From positions 1 through 64,000 of the forward strand of contig WELA01003365.1 of NCBI GenBank assembly GCA_009602735.1: 64,000 bases of DNA, read 5' to 3'. The DNA comes from Mesotaenium endlicherianum. Its lineage: Eukaryota. Every line of letters starts with the position of its first letter. The stretch's first letter is position 1. The notes below the pieces were generated by a model, which worked only from the letters and a program-made list of their open reading frames with translations, did not search any database and was not told the origin of the DNA. Shown one piece after another: positions 12,101 through 24,873 of this stretch. The translations under genes were made by a program, and so were the position numbers.

Positions 12101-15100
12101 CTCCACCACCGCAATTATCAGCGCCACAGCCGCCACCACCGTCACGGCTGTGACCCTCGCTGCTGCCAACAGCAACGACAACAGCAACAGCTGATGACAA
12201 GCCACAGCCTGCGCCGTGAACCCAAACCACGGAGGACACTGTGGCTGCCACAGCAGGCGACAGCACCATTGCCATCAGTGCAATATGTCACCACCCTCAG
12301 CTCCGGAATAACTTCCATCACAGCAACCACCACCATCGCTACAGTCACTGCCGTCACCCCCCGGCCTTGCCGACAGCACGAACACCACCACCACCACTAA
12401 CCCCCACAGGTGGTGCCACCGATAGCACTGATGGCGCCACCGCTGCCGTCACTGCCACTGGCGCTACCTTGCCACCGCAAGTATCTCTTATGACCACCCG
12501 TGCCGCTACCACCACCACCAAGACCACCACCACCACCTGTGCCACCACTACAATGACTGCCACCACGGCCCTAAGCATTGCGCCGCCACCAGCACCAGAG
12601 CCACTCCCTTCAGCTTGCCACATCTGCGGAAAAGTTGTTCCTCTGTCTCCCTGGCACCCTGACGCTTAGACACAGCTCGAGGCACTGCTACGGCGGCAAG
12701 CAATCGACGAGGTGTCCCTGCCCGTTGCCTCCCCGCCTGCTCAGCTGGGGGAGTGCATGCAGGCAATCCTGAAGCCAGAAAGGTGGTGGCCCTCTCACAC
12801 CTCAGCAACTCTAACTCCTCATCACTTCATCCCCTTCCTCACAGAGGACCTCTCTCTCTCCCTCTATCTCTACCATATGCATGCCTGTCTGCCTGCCAGC
12901 TGGCCGGCTGGCCGGCCAATCGGCCGTGTATGACTGGCAGCAAGGTACCTACCCACCACCAGACCCTAAAACCATATACCCTGGGTCCTCAAAGCACACC
13001 TTGCGTTTGGCCCTACCAGCCTGAAGGCCAGAGGGTGGTGGTGAGGAGTAGCGAGGTGGGCAGGCGCGAGCCCAACCTGATGTTCTTGAAGGGGCGGTTA
13101 GTGTCGTCCACGTACGCCTCGTTGATCCGCATCAACGCCTCCAGCCCCTCCGCCACCTCCCCAAATATCTGCATGCGCACGCGCCCGCCCACACGCACGC
13201 GCGCGCCCAAGTCCGCGCCCACGCCCACACCCTCGCCCACGAAGAGTCTCCTGGCAGGGTCAGACCGAGAGAGGCAGGCCGCGTGCCAGAGAAGGAGCTG
13301 GCGGGGTGTGCGGCTGCAGATTCCATTTTCAGAAGACGTGCGCGCGCGCGCATGCAGGCACTCCACGTGCGGTGTCTGCACGCATCATTCTCTCTCACAA
13401 CGAGTCCCGCCTCCCCAAAAGGCCGGCATAGAGACGTGGGACACGTATCCAGCAGCAGCAGCTGCATGCTTCGTGTCAGTCACACATAAAGCACACCCGT
13501 GCCTGCCGGCCTGCAAACGTGAAGAGTGTAAGGGTGCGGGAGCGCGAGACTCACGGTGTGCTTGCCGTCCAAGTAGTCCAGGTTGGCTCTGGTGGTGATG
13601 TAGAACTGGCATCCCCCCACCCACCATCACCCCACACACACCCCGGAACTGTCAAATCCTCCACATGTCACACAGGTGGAACTGCAAAAGGAGAGCGTGG
13701 GAGCACGGGTGTGAGTGTACGCACGCACCCAATACATAACCCGTTTGTGCAAGTGTGAGTGTGCGTGTGAGTGGGTGACTGGGTGTGGGCGGGCAGGAGC
13801 TCCAGGTGGGAGGCACGCAAGCGGGAGTGCCAATGAGTGCACGTATGTGCGCGCTCACACACACACACACACACACCCACACTTGCAAACACACACGTGC
13901 ACTTACACACACACATGCGGACACACACACACGTACCTGGGAGGCGTTGAGGTTGGGGCCCGCGCTGGCCATGGCCAGCATGCCCACCTTGTCGTGCTTG
14001 CGCTTCACCTTGATCTCATCATCGAAGAATCTCGCCTGCTCTCCGTAGAGGAACCTGGCGGACCCGCACCCGTGCACACACTCTTAGCGCCAGCTGTAAC
14101 GTTCATGCACGTGTGAATATGAGGTCCTTATTACCTCTACTTGTTACTCGTTATAGTATCGTTATAGTATCAACTCAAGGGGAGGCTTTCTCTACTCTCA
14201 GGCTCCTTCACTTCAGAGCTGGCGAAAGGCAACGGCTGTCAACTAACCAACTAACCAGGCAGGGGAAGGTACACGCAAGTCAAATGTCTCGAGGCACATG
14301 GTCATGAAGGTTTTAAGTTCAGGGTTGAGGCAGGGTTTAGACGGGACTGACACCATGTGTGATGGGGGGGGAGTGGGAAGGTGGCACGGAAGCAGCCATA
14401 CTTGAAGATGGAGTCCCCCCCCTTGCCTGTGCCCGTCGGATCCCCAGTCTGCACGAGGAAGTCTTTCTGCACGCTGTGGAACAAGCAGTTGCTGTAGTAC
14501 TTGATCCTGCCACCATCCTCCAACCCAGCCCCAGGCCCACACAGGGGACAATTTGAGAGGATGTCATGCACCTGTCATGCACCTGTCATGCACCTGTCGC
14601 AACCACATCCTCCTCCCTTGCCTCACACAACCTTGAACAAGACATTGCCCGGGCAGGTGAAGACCAGAAGATTGAACTCCCACTTCTCCTCTTCTGCACA
14701 CTTTGCAAGAAAGGATGAGACGTTGTCCTGGACCCCCTTTTGCTTCTCTCTCTCTTTTTGACTGAGGCCGCCATACGGTATTCGCATGAGCTACAGGCAG
14801 TTCCACCCCTTCCCAACCAGACTGCTCTCAAGAATATTCCTGAAAATTTCTCTTGAACGTAATCAGTCAAGAAGCCCAATGCAGCGTAACGCTTATCACT
14901 ATGACTTGTCATAGGTCTTGGACATGCATTAGCAACCTCACTTGGGCCAAGCTCGTCACTTGCCATGAGTGTCACTCAAAGAAGCGGGCGTATAACCTTA
15001 TGAGAATGACACATTTCAGTCCCTTTAGGACGGCAAAGCTTGTCATTGATGTCCCACACAAAGGGTACTAAAAAACGAATAACCATTTTGCGTATGAAAT

Positions 15101-15238
15101 TAGGGAGACAGAGGTAGTGAAGGTCTTGCTGAGCATTTACTTGCATAGTTTTAGAAAGTTTTTGCACGTGAGAGGACATTCGTCTGTGAAAAGGTCAACC
15201 ACTATCTCCCCTTGACTCGTTTCCAACATGACTGCCAT
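5039..15238 (-). CDS. CYP59: Cyclophilin CYP59/PPIL4-type protein (PPIase + RRM + CCHC Zn knuckle + R/D/G-rich tail). Approximate exons 15141-15238, 14401-14506, 13936-14053, 13555-13605, 13078-13169, 11968-12066, 11554-11673, 10509-10586, 9528-9574, 8880-8936, [one exon missing], 7739-7857, 6713-6990, 5039-6116
   Basis: [150 protein letters not shown]: collinear with plant CYP59. Confidence 0.95.
8368..8470 (-). other. Isolated exon fragment of a CLU/FRIENDLY (clustered mitochondria) TPR region inside a CYP59 intron; probably an assembly chimera
   Basis: Reads [34 protein letters not shown] after a gtgcag acceptor and stops at the single N (8367). Closely resembles the plant FRIENDLY motif [26 protein letters not shown]. 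Confidence 0.75.
8785..9262. repeat. Compound microsatellites (CA)n, (GACA)n, (GA)n, (TA)n, (AAAT)n, (TG)n flanking a CYP59 exon
   Basis: Directly visible. Confidence 0.9.
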
Positions 15239-15896
15239 GATAATCTGCACCCTCTCTCGTGCTCCGGGCCTTCCTCTGGACAAGCGAATTATAAACGGTA
15301 ATGCCCCAGCCTGGTTGTTGCTAAATTATGCGGTAAGCATCAACCGCCAGCGCTAAATCGAAACATAGTGGCTGAGCCCAACGCCAATTGACTTCTTCTC
15401 CTTCTAAAGCTTAAAATCGAACTGGCATATAGCTGGGGCACATGCCATGGTCAAGCAAGCAAACTTGAGAACTTGCAAGCGAACTTGAGCGGACTTGAAC
15501 CACTTTCAGTAGTGCTGGCTTCCGCGCCCGTAACACGTTTCCTTGGGCTTTCGCCTGTGCTTCACGCAGCTATACATGAGTGTACTATTGGCCATATAGT
15601 CACGTCACTGATCCGGAAGACTTGTACCGAGGCCAGCAACTCTGAGCTGCATGAGAAAGAAACTGACCTTATCAGTCAGTTATTGGGGTCTCAGCCGTCT
15701 TTTTGCTTCTTGAGCCACTAAAGAAGAAGCTTCTTCAAGGATATCAGTTGGGAAGGAAGAGTTCACTGCACAGGGATCTTGCTGAATATTGTGTCCTGGC
15801 GTCCCCATTGTTTCTAATCCTACCCCCCTTATACCTGTTTTGTGTCCATCTATATTCGTGTAGCTTCTCTGAGATATCCTAAGACTTGACCCACAC

Positions 15897-17228
15897 ATGG
15901 CGTCAGCATCAGCTGACAGTATTCCCCACGCTTCGTCTGATAATAAACAAGCCCACCAGCTGGAAGATCGCGAAGGTGATAAGGCCGAGCAGTCAGGAGC
16001 TGGTTCAGTATTTGAGGCCCTAGCAGCAGGTATGCGGCTTATAGCTTTAGCTTTCTGTCTTTTTCCATTAGCAGATCTGACAACAATGTATGTGAAGGAG
16101 AGTGGACATAGGTTGAGACGTGTAGATGACAAAATCCACCTTTCTTACCTTTATTTGTGGCTCCTTTCATGTGCTTAATGAGCTCTCCTTGTTTCAAGAG
16201 AGGAAAAGCTGCCCTCTGTTCAGCCCCCCATTTCAGTATGCTGGAGTCACTGTGTTGCTTTTCCAGCTCATAGCTGCTTCTTTTGGTCAGCAATAGGCTG
16301 TATGTTACTGGCTTCTATATGTATGCAAAATGATGATCTTAGGATGCTAATCATTAAATATGCAGAAGGTGTTTAAGTTGAGCAGAAGAAGACAGAAACC
16401 TTGGTCAGCAAAGGGCTCTGTTACTGTATAATAGTCCGTGTGTATGCAAAACTTTAGAGTGGGGAACGTAATATTTCTGGGATGGTACTCACTAAATTCG
16501 CTGAAGGCGCTTCAAGTTGAGCAGAAGAAAGTAGGAAGGGAAGTGCGTGCGTCTTCTACATGGATACTTCTGACAGCTACATATTTGGTGGTCATTGACC
16601 TTGTGACACACTTCAGAAGCTGGGGGAGAGGGGGAAGAGGAGTTAGATGATGACGAACGTGCCAGGCGGGCTCTAGCTTGCCCATGTGTTGCTGAGCTGC
16701 GAGACGGACCTTGCGGGGAGTCATTTGTGGAGGCGTTCACGTGCTATATAAAAAGCAAAGCAGATGAAAAGGTGAGCTGCTCGTGCTAAGCCTCTTACAA
16801 GGGACATGTGGAGCTTTGAGTCATCTCCTCCCTCACATCTCAAATTGAGTTTTCCATTTGCAAACATAAATTTCATGTACTTGCATGGAGGTTGTGAAGG
16901 ATGGTTTAGCTTATTCGGCTCAGGAAGGAGAAATGTGGGCAATATACATTGAGATAAATATGTGCTCTGTTTTGTTGGGTCTCGTTCAGCAAGCTCGATA
17001 TGGAGGGCCCTCAATGATCTCTCTTCTGTTCTGATGCATGCACCAGACCGAGCATGAGAATTGATGCTGTTGTGCCCAATTTGTGTATTACAGGGGTCAG
17101 ACTGTATCAAGCCCTTCTTAGCCATGCAGACTTGTATACAAGCGCACCCGGAGGCCTTCAACTTTGACGAGGAAGGCGACGATGAAGAGAAAGACGAACA
17201 AACACAGCAAGCTGCACAGGGGAAGTAG
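15897..17228 (+). CDS. MIA40: Mitochondrial intermembrane-space oxidoreductase MIA40; exons 15897-16029, 16617-16771, 17094-17228
   Basis: Spliced translation RARRALACPCVAELRDGPCGESFVEAFTCYIKSKADEKGSDCIKPFLAMQTCIQAHPEAF gives a CPC motif plus twin CX9C. Junctions are GT-AG and in phase. Confidence 0.93.
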
Positions 17229-18096
17229 AGCCTACAAATCTCAACCAGGGTGCTGACAATATCATTTTAAACTAATTAGGTGCCCCTTTGGCAACTCGCT
17301 TCTTGCCGAAGCGAGTGATTAACTGGTATGTTGACTGAAAACTTGGAAGCATATTCACATTTCATGCTTGTGCTGATGTTCAGGTGCAGTGAAAGCCAGG
17401 TTGTTTTAATGCGTATTGGCATGCTTTTACTTGACTAAGAACTCGACCTCATAGATTGTTACGGTAGGTTGCATTGCGCTTGCGGACATGAACAGTCTTC
17501 TTTTATGGTTTTTCAGTCATTTAAATGTTTCTTATTTCTATTCGTAAATTTATTTGGGAATCGTCGCAGCTCATGTATTTGGCTAATATACTGACCATCT
17601 GCAGCCGGCTGGAGATGTCTCCCGGAATTGACTTGAGTCTTGGTCCCCTTTTATAAGTAGTAATATATGTTTCAGTTTGTATGCGCTGTTTGTGTACCGA
17701 ACCATATCTAGTCTCTTTGTCAAGAAAAAGAGGGGCTAAACACGTCATATTATTACACAAGGCTTCCCTCTTCCATCCATTCATCAGGCTATATGTGTGA
17801 GGGAGCATCAGTAAATATATACGGAGGATGGACCAACAAAAAGGACGAGTAAAAGAACTACGGGTTACACGATTTTTCTTCGCTGCTAGGCAAGTGGGTA
17901 CTATCTGATCAACCTTGTCTTGCATTACTTATATACATCACTCCACGAGCTTCTCAGCGGGAAGTGAAACAACTTGGGAAATTGCTACTCTGTGACTAAT
18001 TTCTAAAACCCAAAAACTGGCAGCACAGCGAGCTCCTAATATGGGCACTTGCTTCAAATAGGTGTCCATACAAGAAACAGTGCCCATACTAGGAGC

Positions 18097-19434
18097 TTAC
18101 ATCTGCAACAATACTGAATCTAGGCTCTCATGCACGGCGTCAGGAGATAGTAACATCTGTAACATACTTTCATCAGAGTCGTACTGTTGATCTGGTCTCG
18201 TGGTCCTATCTTCTTCCTCGGGTCTCAGCTTAGCCCTAACCTCATAGGCTAAGGGAAGTCCTGGGCATTTGCTTACAACAGGATTGCCAGAACTGCACAT
18301 GTGCTCAGCAAGCTCAGCACCTTCTTGCAGAAGGACCCTTAAGACTTCTTCATGTCCCTCTTTTGCTGCGTTGTGCAGCGGGGTCCCTGCCAGGCAAATA
18401 AAAGGCACACATCTGTGCGTTCCCACAGCACGAATGTACATGCTAGCTTTACCTATGCAAAGTCAGCCCCTAACACACGACCTAGTAGCTGGCAGTTGGG
18501 ATCTCTCACAAACTCTCATCTCTTTCAAACCTTTGCTGTGCAAGGGGGCTGCAAAAATGAACAAATATCTCCACACACGGCCTAGTCAAAGTCAAGCAAG
18601 CGGTCAAATGCATCAGAGAGCTATGGGGGAGTTGACTTACAGCCTCCAGCTGTCGTGGCATTGATGTTGGCACCCTTTTGGAGCAAGAGACGCAGAGCAT
18701 CCACATGGCCACCATACGCGGCAAGATGGAGTGGCGTGGTCCCATTCTTGGCACTCGGCTCGCTCACTGCTGCACCTTCTTCTATTAGTTGGTTAATCTG
18801 CACGAAAGGGCGAAAAGGCCGGTCACGCGTATTAGCTAAGAAACTGGCATAAGGTACACTTGAAAGTTCCTCCTTGCAGCCAATGGGCTATTAAATGAAT
18901 CTCCTTTCTTTCTATGATTGGTATCCTTGCCGCAACAAGCAACCCACCACGCATATATACCCGTCATTCCTCGCAAGTGTGACGCTTCTGAAGCAAAGGC
19001 TCCGTGCTACACTCTTTAGACTGCAGGGCTGCAACATTACATACCAGAGGCACTACGCTTCGACGCTCATCTGCAAATGGTCTGAAACGACACAAGTGCG
19101 TGACACGCACATCCACCTGGCAAGTGAGCCACATGCGGGAGGCCTCAAGGAGGCCTCTATGCAGCTGCATCAGACCCGCCCAGTTTGACTTACCACCGCC
19201 ACGTTACCACGCCGGGCTGCATAATGAAGCGCTGTCCACCCGTTGGCGGTGTCGAGTGGGTGATTGGGGTTTCGCCCGGGGATTGAGTGCAGAGCTTGCT
19301 GCAGTTCCCCCCTTGCAGTGCGTGCGTACAGCTCCTTGCTTGCTGCACCGGCATGGAGAGCAAGCAGCAGCAAGTAACGCAAATAGACGAGTTTTTCATA
19401 TGCCCTGCCTTGATTTATATATATATATGTATAC

Positions 19435-19467
<33 letters not shown>

Positions 19468-22400
19468 NNNNNNNNNNNNNNNNNNNNNNNNNNNNNNNNN
19501 NNNNNNNNNNNNNNNNNNNNNNNNNNNNNNNNNNNNNNNNNNNNNNNNNNNNNNNNNNNNNNNNNNNNNNNNNNNNNNNNNNNNNNNNNNNNNNNNNNNN
19601 NNNNNNNNNNNNNNNNNNNNNNNNNNNNNNNNNNNNNNNNNNNNNNNNNNNNNNNNNNNNNNNNNNNNNNNNNNNNNNNNNNNNNNNNNNNNNNNNNNNN
19701 NNNNNNNNNNNNNNNNNNNNNNNNNNNNNNNNNNNNNNNNNNNNNNNNNNNNNNNNNNNNNNNNNNNNNNNNNNNNNNNNNNNNNNNNNNNNNNNNNNNN
19801 NNNNNNNNNNNNNNNNNNNNNNNNNNNNNNNNNNNNNNNNNNNNNNNNNNNNNNNNNNNNNNNNNNNNNNNNNNNNNNNNNNNNNNNNNNNNNNNNNNNN
19901 NNNNNNNNNNNNNNNNNNNNNNNNNNNNNNNNNNNNNNNNNNNNNNNNNNNNNNNNNNNNNNNNNNNNNNNNNNNNNNNNNNNNNNNNNNNNNNNNNNNN
20001 NNNNNNNNNNNNNNNNNNNNNNNNNNNNNNNNNNNNNNNNNNNNNNNNNNNNNNNNNNNNNNNNNNNNNNNNNNNNNCCCCCCCCGTGTCAATAGCCCGT
20101 ATTAGCAGCTATACAAGCTATAGACATGATGCAAATTGTACAAGCAATAGACATGATGCACTGCACGTACACAAGAAGTGCGTAAAGTAAGGGCCAGGGA
20201 TTAATAAGACCTGCTCCACGTCACACAAAGACTTTGGAAACAAGTGGGCCATGCAACAACCAATCATATGGCGAGGCATGTTGCGACCACTTGTCAGGTG
20301 TAGATTGAAGCTCCCACGTATAGGGCTGAGTTATTCCTCCCGTTCCAATGAGAGGTACTACACCCATAATACAAAAGTGACATGCACGGAGGACTAACAA
20401 CGAGGGCTCTTACTTATCAGAGGGGGAGTCATGCCACCTGGCCCTTGTTGCATCTGGCTGTAGCCAGCGGAGCGCATTCTCTCGCTCTGTGGCAGTCTAG
20501 ATTGTTCATCCTGGCTCTGGCCAGTAGAAAGCGCCAGGGGCCCAGATAGGCCACCAGGAGGCATAAAGGCCGGAAGCCCTTGGTCAGGCCAAGATGGGTG
20601 CACTAGCTGGCGTTCAGAGCCTTGTGTTGAAAACCCTAGGTCCTGACTTGCTGACTGAGCTGTGCCCAAGAGTGAGGAGTCTCTGCCCTCCGTATGCTTC
20701 GTCCTCTTCTTGGCATACATTATCTCTACTAGGGCGAACTTCTTCTCCTCCTCAGAAAGAGGGGAATTGATGTGGCTTGTGCCACTTCGGAAGTAGTACT
20801 TTGTGGCTGTCAGGACTCTGGCAGTGTCCTGCCAAAAAAATAAACACAACATGCATTTGCTCATTTGGCTGGCAAGCGGACGCGGCTCATATTCTGCCAC
20901 CAAGCTCTGCGAGCATTTGCTAGGATGACACAAAACACCCGAAAATTATGAAAATGAATGCTGTTACCAATTCTCAGGAAGAAGTACTGGCCTGTAATAC
21001 AAATAATTAAGTGATGCAAAAAGAAAGCAAGCTTGTAGTCTAAACGTGTCAGAAGAGATGGCTGGGTGATGACACAGACGACGATTGCGCAGGTGGCTTA
21101 TCCACTCTTATCTTACTAGCGAAGTCACCTACTCCCTATACAAGTGCAAAAAGTTATGGAGCAATTTAGTGGGAGCTAGGTTTATCCAGCTTGGCAGTTT
21201 TCTAGCATATTTCTGCAGGAAGTTCGGCCAAGAGAAGAAGAGATGCTACTTACTTGCAGCTTGACTCCAGCATTTAGAGAGGCTGTCCTCTTTTGTAGTA
21301 TGCCCTCAGGACCGTCCTGCAGTATCACGTCAACGTCTGTGGCCGACTTGGGGCCACCAAAGCTGTGCCAAATCCTGTCTTTTCCAGCACCTTTCAATTG
21401 TCTACCTTGCTTTATTAGTATGAAGCACTTCCCTGCTCAGTGCAAAGAGGAGTCATAAGTCCACAAGGAAAAAGTAGGCCCTGACATAGAACACAAAAGT
21501 CTAGCACCTACTACTATAGCAGGTTGCAACTGAATGGCTTTACTATGTACTTGCTGTGATTAGCTTCATGCTCTTTCTGAATACAATAGATAACAGATAC
21601 TCGTCAAGTCCTGAAACTTCATGCTTTTGCAAGCTGTGCGACTACGCCAATAACTATCACAGAAGTGACAGTTATCCATAACAGCTAACATTAGTGTTTT
21701 CCAGGTTTGAGTAGTGCGGCTTGACGACCCAAGCACTTCCCTATATCAGTGCAGGCAGGGTAAGGAAAACTAGTGTCCATTTAAGTCTTTGGAGGTGGCC
21801 AAAAGAGATGCTGATGGCAAATTACGCTTTGCGAAATTGTGATCTTATTGGAAATCGAGATGCATTACCTTCGTAAAGTAACGACTCCTCCAGAGTACCT
21901 GGCATATGTCCCAGCACTTTTTGAGCACAAGGATACCCTGTGCTGTCTCCGGAATTGTTAGAAAGATAATCCACGACTGTCTGCTTGTCCATTCCACACT
22001 GCAATAACCATAGTGCTTTCGCAAAGCGCTGGTCTTTGCAACTCTGAAGAGCAATGAAATCTTCAGTTTGCATATTTGTCAATCCAGAAGCAGATGTACT
22101 AGTTGCGTATTGGTGGTATGAGACAGGTTGAAGGCATGTAAGAACCTGTTATAAAGTATGATCCCTGCACCTTCACGACCGCTTTAAGAACAAGCTAGTC
22201 TTAGCAGGCCGCCGTCACAACGTGCGACAGAAATGCACAATCTTCTTCGTGCATGGTTGTTTCTGAAGTGGAGTTGGGCACCCCAATGGCAAAAAAAGAA
22301 GGCAGGCACGCACACATAGTGTAAGACTGTGAATGTTAACAAGCTGGCCACAGAAATCCTCAGCCTCAGCACACTTTTGCTGGTTGGATAATTCTGCTGC

Positions 22401-22595
22401 GGGCTCGATCACGAGATCTTAAAATGCTCGACATCTGGGCCCTAATTGAAGCTTGCAACGCGAGAATGGCCGCCACGTGCTTGACCAATGGGCACAATCA
22501 CAGTAACTTTAAAACGTCCAACTTCTTTTGACATTTAAGTTCTTAAGAGACAAATAATGAACGTCACCACATTGCTCTGCATGCTCATTTGCCAT
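18097..22595 (-). CDS. Ankyrin-repeat protein with an unassigned N-terminal domain; exons 21869-22145, 21254-21432, 20414-20828, 19194-19342, 18641-18797, 18097-18386. The two 5' exons (~22568-22595, ~22316-22417) are tentative.
   Basis: Three ankyrin repeats (GWTALHYAARRGN, GTTPLHLAAYGGH, GWTPLHNAAKEGH). The six downstream exons join in frame at GT-AG sites. An N-gap (19468-20077) lies in one intron. Confidence 0.75.
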
Positions 22596-23739
22596 GTCGT
22601 TTAGTGGTCCCTGGCAATTCCTGATGTATGAAAGACCATGGACGAGGAGGGACGCAAGTGGTGCTAGCAGTTGTAACGAAGCGCTGGACCACGCTGGACC
22701 GCCCACAGCTGCCGTGTTCCAAGCCATACTAGCCTTCAGGACGGGGTGGATGGGTCCACTAAGGTCTACAATTCACACTCGAGAGTGCTCGAGAGTGCTC
22801 AACTAAGAGCAATCGAGCATGTTCAAGAGTCCTGGAGAGCACTTTCAAAGTGCTCAAGACAGCTCGAGTGCTCAAGATGGCTCAAGAGCACTCGAGAGGC
22901 CCTACTACGAGCTACGGTGGGCAGGGCCACGGGCACTGTACGGTCTGCGAACTCCTATGGACTGCTAGAGCACTTCCGACCAAGCTTCCGACCACTTCCT
23001 ACGACTGTCAAGTCTCGACCAACTGTCGAGAGCCTTTCCGAGAGCAGTTCCGAACCAGGTCCGAACTGGTTCTGACCGACCATTTCTGACAAACAGTTTC
23101 AGAAACTGTCAGAAACTGTTCCGTTACAGTGAAACGGAGACGGAGTCCTGTAATGCCCTTCTGTAGGTGCATCGTTTTAAGAAGTCGTCCGTCCTGACTA
23201 CATGAAACCTGCCACAAATTGTTGACTTTGATGCACGAGCATATAAGAAATATGAATGGCAAGAACTTGAAACTATGCGCCCTGAAATATTCTTCTGAAC
23301 ACTCCATGATCAGAACTGACACAGGCAGGACAATTCAGATGAGCATTCCCAGCTCCTTCACCGTTGTTGAGGACGAGGATTTTAGACGGTTTGAGGTTGC
23401 CCGCCTACGCGAAAATGTCTGCGCCAGCTCATAGTGGGTCTAAATGATGAGCCGCTGGATTAGTGCCCAATTGCGCTGATGTCTTTTGGCCGCCCGCTTG
23501 CTCCTCGGGATGCAATGACCTGCTTCACGACTAGCATCAAGTGATGTTCATACATGTGGTTAGTGTAAAGGGGGTGTAATCTGACGAGCACATCCAATTA
23601 GTCTAGTGTGTTCCAGGGGCAAAATGGTAGCCTCTTCTGATGGGAAGTAGTCTCCTTAATAAGGTGTAGTGAACAAGTCAATTCAGTAGTCATCCTCCAA
23701 GCGCCCTGTGGTTTGTTGAACCACTCTATTTTGGCAAGT

Positions 23740-24842
23740 ATGCCTGCCGTGTTACTTGGACGCAATAAGCTCTATGATAACATAGAAGACGTTGATTTGA
23801 CAGATCATGGGAGTATTCGCTCAATTAACTCTGGTGAAACTGGAAACCAAATACAAGCCAGTAGAAGCAATGATGGAAGTATCAGAAACGCATCGATGTC
23901 TGCACCTTGTGGGGCAAGAGGGGAAGTACAGACGCCATCTGGGCGCCTGCAAAAAAGAGGCGTTCTGTCCATGAACAGACGATCAACCAGATTCGGATGG
24001 AACAGTTTGAAGCCAGAAGTCATATATGCGGACAACAGGTAAGATTGGTTATTGAAGTATGGACGAGATATATAATATTGTGAAGATATATGAGACAGAC
24101 CATGTGCTGCACTAGATACCGTATCTTAGCCACTTGCCAACACTGAATTGGTCCATCAACCTCTGGTTGTTTCTTGACCCTAGATTTCCTGCAGTAATAG
24201 CATAAGGATACTGTCGCATCTACCATACTTGGTGGTGAAAGTCACTGGTGGGGGGACAAATGTTGAGTTACTTGGGTGATGCGCTGGCGCATATGGTGCA
24301 GTTCAAGGCCTTCCCTTTCATGACACTACTAGCGGGTTCTGATTGCTGCTGCACCTGACTCCTGTCGCGAGCTTCCAGGTGGCAGCTTTCTTTTTTCAAG
24401 TCAGCACAAGGTAGCACACAAATGGTTGCGCACAAATGCTTGCGAGTTTATGAAGAGCCTCTCGGCTCAGATCAAAGTTGCACTGCTGAATCGGGCTTCC
24501 TATCTTTCCTTGCAGCTGCCGTGCATAAGAGTCTCTTAGAGTCGAACTAATGTCTCAGATCATTCTAGCAACAGCACATGTAGCCTCAACAGCCCGCAGG
24601 ATTCGGCAGGACACTGAACCGAGGAGGAGAATACTAGCTTCAGCGCAAGACTCGAACGAACACCCGTGGCATCTTCCCACTTCAATAACGCTCTTGGGTC
24701 GACCTCAACAACCAAGTACAGCAATCACAACCAGGCATAGCACTCGGGTTCTCAAGGATAGCAATCGGGCTCTCCCAGATTGGCTCTCGGCTCTCTCAGC
24801 TTCGGAGGTTCGCAGGCTGAGTGCAGAGACGCTGCTGCGTGT

Positions 24843-24873
<31 letters not shown>

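Noticed and set aside
12100..12620. Thr/Ala-rich mucin-like ORF
   Set aside because: (CCA/GCA)n-type repeats in a CYP59 intron; no splice or start support.
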